DNA of 64,000 nt from assembly GCA_045656565.1 (NCBI GenBank), contig JAZORH010000013.1, positions 65,968-129,967 on the forward strand. The letters run 5' to 3'. Shown piece after piece: positions 57,009 to 64,000 of the stretch. The position numbers and the translations under genes are program-made. Under the pieces are notes generated by a model that ran no database searches, had not been told where the DNA came from, and worked only from the letters and a program-made list of their open reading frames with translations. This stretch comes from Candidatus Onthomorpha sp. Its GTDB lineage: Bacteria; Bacteroidota; Bacteroidia; Bacteroidales; P3. The stretch's first letter is position 1; each line of letters starts with the position of its first letter.

Positions 57009-60000
57009 CTAAGCTTTCATTATTTTAATTCCAAGTTCTACGCCATCGATTACATCAATCATTTGCGTAGGCTCTTGAACCTTTTCTACAAACTTTAATT
57101 CCTTTGTTAGGGTTTCGCTACATATATAATCCATAAAGCGTTCCACTGCAGGGCAAAGCAAGCTGTGTTGCTCTATTTCTACGATTATATTGTCTGTAAC
57201 ATCGAAATCGCTTTCCTTTCTTATGTTTTGAATTCTGTTTACCAACTCACGAGAAATTCCTTCCATACGAAGGTCATCTGTAATCGTTGTATCCAAAGCC
57301 ACAGTCAAAGCATCTTCGTTTGCAACTACCCAACCAGGAATATCTTGTGTGATTATCTCAACATCACTCAAAGCTATCTCGATTTCACTTCCCTCAATAT
57401 TTAAGACATATTTGCCCTCAGACTCCATTTTCAAAATATCGTCTTGAGTAAATGCTGTTATCGCAGCTGCAATTGCCTTCATCTTTGGTCCGAATTTTGG
57501 TCCCAATGTCTTGAAGTTTGCTTTTATGCTCTTAACTAAAACATTGTTCTCTTTAGTTAGGAATTCTATACCCTTAACATTAACTTCTGACAATATCAAA
57601 TCCTTTACCGCTTCGATATGACTTTGTTGTGTCGCATCTTTTGCAGGAATCATTATCTTTGAAAGAGGTTGGCGAACCTTCAAATTGTTTCTCTTTCTCA
57701 ATGAAAGCACAAGTGAACAAATCTTTTGTGCCATTTGCATTCTGCTTTCCAAGTCTTTATCCACCAATTCCTTATTTGCAACAGGGAAATCGCAAGCATG
57801 AACTGTATCAAACTCGAATCTGCCACTCACATTGTTCAAATCATTAAACAGCCTGTCGCAGAAGAACGGAGCAATCGGAGCAGCCAATCTTGCGAGAGTT
57901 TCTAAGCAAGTGTAAAGTGTTTGATATGCCGAAATCTTATCGTCAGTGTATTCACCCTTCCAAAATCTACGTCTGCACAAACGAACATACCAGTTACTCA
58001 AATAGCCATCAACAAAGTCTGCAATTGCTCTTCCGGCTTTTGTAGGCTCATAATCGCTGTAGCTTTTATCGCAATATTCTATCAAAGTGTTCAATTCTGA
58101 CAATATCCAGCGGTCTATTTCCGGTCTTTTTGAGTATTCTATATCTGCTTCCTTGTATGCGAATCCGTCAATGTTTGCATAAAGAGCGAAGAACGAATAA
58201 GTATTGTACAGAGTTCCGAAGAACTTACGACGAACCTCATCTATACCGGCTTGATCGAACTTAAGATTTTCCCAAGGTTGAGTATTGGTAATCATATACC
58301 AACGAGTAGCGTCCGGACCGTAAGTTTGCAAAACCTCAAACGGGTCAACGGCATTACCCAAACGCTTAGACATCTTATTACCTACTTTATCCAATACCAA
58401 GCCATTTGAAACCACGTTCTTGAATGCAATAGTATCGAAACACAAAGCTGCGATTGCATGCAACGTAAAGAACCATCCGCGTGTTTGATCCACACCTTCG
58501 GCAATGAAATCCGCAGGGAAGCAAGCCTTCAACTGCTCATCATTACATTCAAATGGGTAATGAACTTGTGCATACGGCATAGCACCTGAATCAAACCAAA
58601 CATCTATCAAATCCGATTCACGACGCATTTCCTTACCACTTGCACTTACCAATACTACATTGTCGATATACGGACGGTGAAGGTCGAAACTATTGTAATC
58701 TTTATGGTTTTTGTATGGATTTTCTTTCATAAAGCCTGCCGCAATACTCTTCTCGATTTCGTTAGACAACATTTCGACAGAGCTGATGCACATTTCCTCG
58801 CTTCCATCTTCAGTTCTCCAGATTGGAAGTGGAGTTCCCCAATATCTCGAACGGCTTAAATTCCAATCAACAAGGTTTTCCAACCAATTTCCAAAGCGTC
58901 CGCTTCCTGTTGCTTCAGGCTTCCAATTGATTGTTTTATTAAGTGCTATCAATTTATCTTTGATTGCTGTCGTTCTTATGAACCAACTGTCAAGCGGATA
59001 GTAAAGAATAGGTTTGTCTGTTCTCCAACAGTGAGGATAATTGTGGACATGCTTTTCTATTTTGAAAGCCTTGCCCTCTTGTTTCAACAAAACGCTCAAA
59101 TCAACGTCCAAAGTAGGATCTTTTTCCGTCAATTCGGGATCGTAAGCGTTCTTTACAAATCTGCCAGCAAAAGCTCCGTAAGATTCTACATTAACATAAT
59201 CACTCACAAACTTAGCATCAAGGTCTTCTATTCTGAAAAACTTACCTTGTCTATCGACCATAGGTTGTTTCTTTCCCTCTTTGTCTATCATAAACAAAGG
59301 AACGATACCCGCTTGCTTTGCTACACGGTCGTCATCCGCACCAAAAGTTGGAGCAATGTGCACTATACCTGTACCATCTTCGGTTGTAACATAATCACCG
59401 CCTATAACCTTGAACGCATTTCCCATAGGAGCAACAAAATTCATCAATTGCTCATAGTCAAATCCTATCAAGTCGGCACCTTTGCACTCTGCAAGAACCT
59501 CGAACGGTATTTCCTTATCGCCTTTTTTGTATTCTTCGAAAGTCAATCCTGCATTCTTTTCAGGACAATAAGCATTCAAACGAGCCTTTGCCATAACAAC
59601 AACTTCCAAATCTCCTGAATACGGATTGAAAGTCTTGACAAAAACATAGTCTATATTAGGTCCGACAGCCAAAGCAGTGTTTGACGGTAAGGTCCACGGC
59701 GTTGTAGTCCATGCCAAGAAGCAAACATCTTCTGCAATATTAAGTCTGAACTTCTCTTTTATTTCTTGCTGTTGTTTAACTTTGAATTGGACAACGGCAG
59801 TCGTATCTTTCACATCTCTGTAACAGCCCGGCATATTAAGCTCATGCGAACTTAAGCCCGTACCTGCTGCAGGCGAAAACGGCTGAATGGTATATCCCTT
59901 GTACAAATAGCCTTTTTCGTACATCTTTCCAAGCAAATACCAAAGTGTTTCAATGTATTCGTTCTTGAAAGTTATGTAAGGATTGTCCAAATCTACCCAA

Positions 60001-60425
60001 TAACCCATTTGAGTAGTCAATTTATCCCACATATCCTTATATTTCATAACCTCACTTCGGCATTCGGCATTGTATTGGTCGACAGAAATTTTGCCACCTA
60101 TGTCTTCCTTGGTGATACCTAGCTTTTTCTCAACACCCAATTCAACAGGCAATCCGTGAGTATCCCAACCTGCTTTTCTAGCTACATAAAAACCTTTTTG
60201 GGATTTATATCTGCAAAAAATATCTTTAATTGTTCTTGCCATAACATGGTGAATGCCCGGTTGTCCGTTAGCTGAAGGTGGTCCTTCGAAGAAGATGTAT
60301 GGCTTTGAACCTTCTCTTTGTTTCAACGTTTGTCTGAAAGTGTCTTCTTTTTGCCACTTTTCGAGAACTTCATTGCTTATTTGAGTCAAATTAAGCTGCT
60401 TATACTCTCTGTATTTGCTTTCCAT
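57009..60425 (-). CDS. ileS: Isoleucine--tRNA ligase (long, type-2 form)
   Basis: 1138 aa. It has a class I HIGH-type motif (PSANGQPGIHHV), KMSKRLGN (KMSKS) and a CP1 editing domain. Confidence 0.95.
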   Translation of the reverse strand: MESKYREYKQLNLTQISNEVLEKWQKEDTFRQTLKQREGSKPYIFFEGPPSANGQPGIHHVMARTIKDIFCRYKSQKGFYVARKAGWDTHGLPVELGVEKKLGITKEDIGGKISVDQYNAECRSEVMKYKDMWDKLTTQMGYWVDLDNPYITFKNEYIETLWYLLGKMYEKGYLYKGYTIQPFSPAAGTGLSSHELNMPGCYRDVKDTTAVVQFKVKQQQEIKEKFRLNIAEDVCFLAWTTTPWTLPSNTALAVGPNIDYVFVKTFNPYSGDLEVVVMAKARLNAYCPEKNAGLTFEEYKKGDKEIPFEVLAECKGADLIGFDYEQLMNFVAPMGNAFKVIGGDYVTTEDGTGIVHIAPTFGADDDRVAKQAGIVPLFMIDKEGKKQPMVDRQGKFFRIEDLDAKFVSDYVNVESYGAFAGRFVKNAYDPELTEKDPTLDVDLSVLLKQEGKAFKIEKHVHNYPHCWRTDKPILYYPLDSWFIRTTAIKDKLIALNKTINWKPEATGSGRFGNWLENLVDWNLSRSRYWGTPLPIWRTEDGSEEMCISSVEMLSNEIEKSIAAGFMKENPYKNHKDYNSFDLHRPYIDNVVLVSASGKEMRRESDLIDVWFDSGAMPYAQVHYPFECNDEQLKACFPADFIAEGVDQTRGWFFTLHAIAALCFDTIAFKNVVSNGLVLDKVGNKMSKRLGNAVDPFEVLQTYGPDATRWYMITNTQPWENLKFDQAGIDEVRRKFFGTLYNTYSFFALYANIDGFAYKEADIEYSKRPEIDRWILSELNTLIEYCDKSYSDYEPTKAGRAIADFVDGYLSNWYVRLCRRRFWKGEYTDDKISAYQTLYTCLETLARLAAPIAPFFCDRLFNDLNNVSGRFEFDTVHACDFPVANKELVDKDLESRMQMAQKICSLVLSLRKRNNLKVRQPLSKIMIPAKDATQQSHIEAVKDLILSEVNVKGIEFLTKENNVLVKSIKANFKTLGPKFGPKMKAIAAAITAFTQDDILKMESEGKYVLNIEGSEIEIALSDVEIITQDIPGWVVANEDALTVALDTTITDDLRMEGISRELVNRIQNIRKESDFDVTDNIIVEIEQHSLLCPAVERFMDYICSETLTKELKFVEKVQEPTQMIDVIDGVELGIKIMKA

Positions 60426-60509
60426 ATCGTATTGTTATATTTTTTCGCCACTCTATTTTACCAACTTGCAAAAATAGCAAAAAAAAGTCGTTTTTCTATA
60501 TACAAAAGT

Positions 60510-60612
60510 CAGAAAATTGTTTCTTCGTTTCAGTCGAGCGAAACCAAGAAACAATTTTCTGAATTCAAGTTTCGTCAGCACTAAAACGAAGAAAGAAAAA
60601 ATTAAAACGAAG
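60510..60612. repeat. Hairpin plus tandem units of the 21-nt family
   Basis: The 16-bp stem pairs cagaaaattgtttctt (60510-60525) with aagaaacaattttctg (60547-60562). Units follow, ending at 60569, 60591 and 60612. Confidence 0.8.
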
Positions 60613-60652
60613 ATTTACTTTTCCCAAACAAAACTACAAACAAATTCTTCGC

Positions 60653-63580
60653 TTAAAGCTCTATGGAGAAAAGAAGATTGCAGAACATTTGTCTTTCTTT
60701 GGTAAGGTAGCCTAAGCGAAAGCCAAATTCAATCGGTGCTATTATTCTAAGGAAATGAATATTAAAACTAATATCACTTCCTATGGAATATTTTATCTCT
60801 TTATCGAAGCTACCAACTTCAAAGAATGGTGATGCAGATATTCGTTTGCAATAAATAATCGGACCAAGGTTTACCTCAGGATAGCAAATCGGTGTATGGA
60901 ATACTAATGACATTCCGCTGAATCTTGAAGGGTATATATTATAAACTCCTTTCGTAAATTCGATTCCATTAGAGAAATAATACCTTTCAGGAGAATTCTT
61001 TTGGTATGCAAAACCCAGTTGCAGGGTTTGAGTTTTCACGAAAGCCGGAATATTAAATACAGCTTTGAATGCAAAATACTCTGCAGGGTTTTCTGTAAGC
61101 GTTGTCTTATATTCAAGTTTCAACTCTTGACCTCTTCGAGGAACCAAATCGTTTGTTGCAAGTGGCGACAACATCTGTAAGTTTAAGCCCACCCCAACTG
61201 TGTTAAATACGCCTGTTATTTGCGATGGGTAATATACTTGCTGAGTACGTTCTTCTAATTTCTTTATCGAATAGTCCAAATTCAAAACCAACCGACTTAC
61301 AATGCTTTGTGAACTCCACGAATATGGCAATAACATTTTCATATCACCACTCCACTCATTCCATTGCTTGAAGTAAGTTTCTGAACCTTGTTTCAAAAAG
61401 GCTGAACGCAGCTTATAACTTCCTTCAAGGTCAAAAACAGGATATAAACCGCTGTATGTGTAATTTAATTTCAACTCATGATTCAACTCTTTCAAGTTAT
61501 ATTTATATCCTAATTGAAGAGCAGATGTTGAAAGCAAGTTTTTAGAAGTACAACTCACACCTAAACCTAAATCAGACTTCGAAAGATTCAAATATAATGG
61601 AGCCCAAGAATGAACATTGAAAAGATGTGCTATCTTGGAATAAGGTTTGCTTTCATATAAACCTTTGTTTGAATTTACAGACTCTTCATTTAAGCAAAAT
61701 GATTCTTCTTTTCGTAATTGCGAAACAAAGATTTGGTCTGGATTTTTCTCATTCAAATCAAATGAAAGCCCTAATGATTTTGTACTTACAACCTTATAAC
61801 CATCGGAATTATAAGTTGAAAGCAACATTGCCTCACTTCTATCCAATGATTCTTCATTTAAGAACGAATATGTAGAGATTCCGTATTCGGTATTGGTTTC
61901 CAAGCAAGCCATTCCACTATTCAAATCAATGCTTACAAGCTCATACTTTCCTCTTACGTCTCTTATGAAGTACAACTTGCCATTATGAATTTTCAATCGA
62001 CTAATATCCTCAAACGAAGGAGAGATTATCTCTATCCTTTCATTTGTTTGAATATCGTATTGAGCTATACTTTTTCCTTGAAGAGAGCTTTCGATAACAT
62101 ATAACTCCGTTCCATTTTCACTCCAACAAGGAAACGAAAATGCAACATCATCTTTCGACACAATAGATGTTAGATAGAGTTTCTTATTTCTTTCAAACGA
62201 ACCTTTTGTTGCGAAGAACGAACTATCAGAATGCAAAACCACCAAAGATTGATTGCCGTTTTTATCTACTTTTACAGCCGCCAACAATGATGAATCTTGA
62301 GGATTATAAACAGGATTAAAGAATACAGTCTTTGAAGTCAAAGTTCTGCTTTTCTTTGTTTTAATGTCGTATTCTATTATGTCGGAATAATTCTGTTGTT
62401 CCCAACGATGATTTATCGCATCTTGAGTATAAAGAATCTTTCCGTCTCTATAATCAAAGTAAGCGTGCTTTAAGTATGGCATTCTCTCAAGAGGCTCCAT
62501 TCCTTCTTTTGTTATAAGAACTAATGTTTGCAAATCGTCCATATTTGTTTGCAATGCCAAAACGCTATCCTTGCCTACTTCTATAGGATTCGTATAATTG
62601 CTATATTGTTTTTTTGTAATATTAAAATCTTTCGTCACAGAGATATTGCCTTCTTTCAACCAATCACTACGTTCTTTGCCCCAAACAAATTGAAGTGTAT
62701 CTACCATTTGTTCATACACCTTTTGAAGTTTGTAGGAACGAGATTCTGTTTTATTAAAGAAAGCTCCTATCATCCATTTTTTTGCTGTCGCATCTAGTAT
62801 CTCTGCAAATACATCTCCTCCATACAAATAACGAGAAAATGCAGTAACGTAATACCCAAACACATAGGAGTTTGGTACAAAGTCTTTTCTTGAACCAAGT
62901 TTGGCTTTATCGAAGTCATAAGATCCTTTTTCCAATAGCTGAGCTTTTAACTCCATTTTGAACTCCGGAGTCTGCCCTCTACCGGTCGGAGACATTGCTG
63001 TCTCGATCGCAACCGCATCTCCCTCCATAAACCACAAAGGAAGGACCAACGCAGACGCACCTCCAATAACATGCTCTCCGAATATATCTCCAAAAAACTT
63101 GGTTACGCCTTTGCTCATTCCTTGTCTTTGGCAAGCGTGTCTATATTCGTGTATAGCCAATTGCCAATTCCATGGATAGGCATTATGAGTTGGAGGAGTG
63201 GTTGTCCAAAACTCTATTCTCTTTGGAGCCCACGCTAACATACCATTAGATTTGCTACCGTTGGTATGAAGAAGTATCGGCATATTCGGAACTTCTGTTC
63301 CAAGCGATTTTCCTATATGAAAAGTCAATGTATCTAAGGCTAAAGCCAATCGCTGAGCGCTCGCCTCATAATAGTCAGGGAAGACAATACTAAAACGTTC
63401 TGTTTTTATCTCTCGCCATTTTATATCGCTATCATCATTAGCCGATATTTTATATTGAGCATTAAGATTTACAGAACAAATATTCAGAAAAATAAAAAGC
63501 AACAACAACACCCTTCTAGCAAATTTTGCAGAAGGGCATTGTTGTTTTAATTGTAATATATTCTTATTTCGTTGGAACAT
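60653..63580 (-). CDS. Large secreted protein: N-terminal HExxH-containing region, central TolB/WD40-like beta-propeller-type region, C-terminal beta-rich (possible barrel) region
   Basis: 975 aa with signal peptide VLLLLFIFLNICSVNLNAQ. HEYRH is embedded in WQLAIHEYRHACQ. Repeated short beta-strand patterns are typical of propellers. The C-terminal 300 aa have alternating hydrophobicity. Confidence 0.45.
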   Translation of the reverse strand: MFQRNKNILQLKQQCPSAKFARRVLLLLFIFLNICSVNLNAQYKISANDDSDIKWREIKTERFSIVFPDYYEASAQRLALALDTLTFHIGKSLGTEVPNMPILLHTNGSKSNGMLAWAPKRIEFWTTTPPTHNAYPWNWQLAIHEYRHACQRQGMSKGVTKFFGDIFGEHVIGGASALVLPLWFMEGDAVAIETAMSPTGRGQTPEFKMELKAQLLEKGSYDFDKAKLGSRKDFVPNSYVFGYYVTAFSRYLYGGDVFAEILDATAKKWMIGAFFNKTESRSYKLQKVYEQMVDTLQFVWGKERSDWLKEGNISVTKDFNITKKQYSNYTNPIEVGKDSVLALQTNMDDLQTLVLITKEGMEPLERMPYLKHAYFDYRDGKILYTQDAINHRWEQQNYSDIIEYDIKTKKSRTLTSKTVFFNPVYNPQDSSLLAAVKVDKNGNQSLVVLHSDSSFFATKGSFERNKKLYLTSIVSKDDVAFSFPCWSENGTELYVIESSLQGKSIAQYDIQTNERIEIISPSFEDISRLKIHNGKLYFIRDVRGKYELVSIDLNSGMACLETNTEYGISTYSFLNEESLDRSEAMLLSTYNSDGYKVVSTKSLGLSFDLNEKNPDQIFVSQLRKEESFCLNEESVNSNKGLYESKPYSKIAHLFNVHSWAPLYLNLSKSDLGLGVSCTSKNLLSTSALQLGYKYNLKELNHELKLNYTYSGLYPVFDLEGSYKLRSAFLKQGSETYFKQWNEWSGDMKMLLPYSWSSQSIVSRLVLNLDYSIKKLEERTQQVYYPSQITGVFNTVGVGLNLQMLSPLATNDLVPRRGQELKLEYKTTLTENPAEYFAFKAVFNIPAFVKTQTLQLGFAYQKNSPERYYFSNGIEFTKGVYNIYPSRFSGMSLVFHTPICYPEVNLGPIIYCKRISASPFFEVGSFDKEIKYSIGSDISFNIHFLRIIAPIEFGFRLGYLTKERQMFCNLLFSIEL

Positions 63581-64000
63581 TTTTTAGAGTTTCTGTCAAG
63601 TATTCCCAGAACAATTTAACTGAAGCTATATTCACTCTTTCATCAGGTGAATGTGGATTTTGGATTGTTGGTCCAAATGAAATCATATCCCAATTTTTGT
63701 AAACGCCTCCTAACAATCCGCATTCCAAACCTGCGTGAATAGCCATCACTTTCGGTGTTCTGCCAAACATTTTCTTGTATGTGGAAGTCATAGTTTCCAA
63801 AATTGGTGATTGCATATTTGGTTTCCAACCAGGGTAACCGCCTGCAAATTCAATATTTCCTCCTGCCAACTCGATAACACTTGCCATCATTTCAGCGAAA
63901 TCAGCTTTTGCTGTATCAACTGAACTTCTTAACAATGCACAAGCCAAGATTTGATCTCCGTCTGTCTTAACAATAGCCAAGTTAGATGAAGTTTCAACAA
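63564..64000 (-). CDS. pepD: Aminoacyl-histidine dipeptidase (PepD, M20 family), C-terminal part; the 5' end lies beyond the right window edge
   Basis: IHAGLECGLL...GPTIQNPHSPDERVNIASV..FWEYL is the conserved PepD C-terminus. The reading frame stays open to position 64000. Confidence 0.8.
   Translation of the reverse strand, partial: VETSSNLAIVKTDGDQILACALLRSSVDTAKADFAEMMASVIELAGGNIEFAGGYPGWKPNMQSPILETMTSTYKKMFGRTPKVMAIHAGLECGLLGGVYKNWDMISFGPTIQNPHSPDERVNIASVKLFWEYLTETLKNVPTK

Overview
AT-rich chromosomal segment that looks like Bacteroidota, probably an anaerobic Bacteroidales-type organism. The basis is TAnnTTTG -7 promoter boxes in front of most operons, a T9SS C-terminal sorting domain, gldF/gldG, many Cys-lipoprotein signal peptides, and PFOR, PPDK, methylmalonyl-CoA mutase and ThiH. 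I support about 50 protein genes, one tRNA-Cys and one TPP riboswitch. Most of the window is housekeeping: ispD, queA, dnaN, gldFG, a complete riboswitch-controlled thiD-thiS-thiE'-thiE-thiG-thiC-thiH-thiF operon, ppdK, ruvX-def, nifJ, mutB, dnaX, lipB, ileS and pepD. There is one clear accessory island at about 34.7-38.4 kb, between a GH29 fucosidase and nifJ. It holds a HepT/MntA toxin-antitoxin pair bracketed by a duplicated terminator hairpin, a 7-bladed WD40 lipoprotein with near-identical repeats, 640 bp of highly structured non-coding DNA (an 8-bp phased inverted array plus six 22-bp-phased TGATAAT-N3-ATTATCA palindromes), and an orphan PD-(D/E)xK (HsdR-N-like) protein. Three observations stand out. 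(1) dnaX is split exactly at an A10 homopolymer, so the encoded frame gives a gamma-like protein and full-length tau needs -1 or A-insertion recoding. (2) A dispersed family of head-to-tail 21-nt units (about TTTYAGAAAATTAAAACRAAG) fills at least 12 intergenic regions, including spacers inside the thi operon. (3) The structured DNA and gene content of the island. No CRISPR array, rRNA, transposase or integrase was seen. All functional calls come from reading motifs in the supplied translations; no database search was possible.
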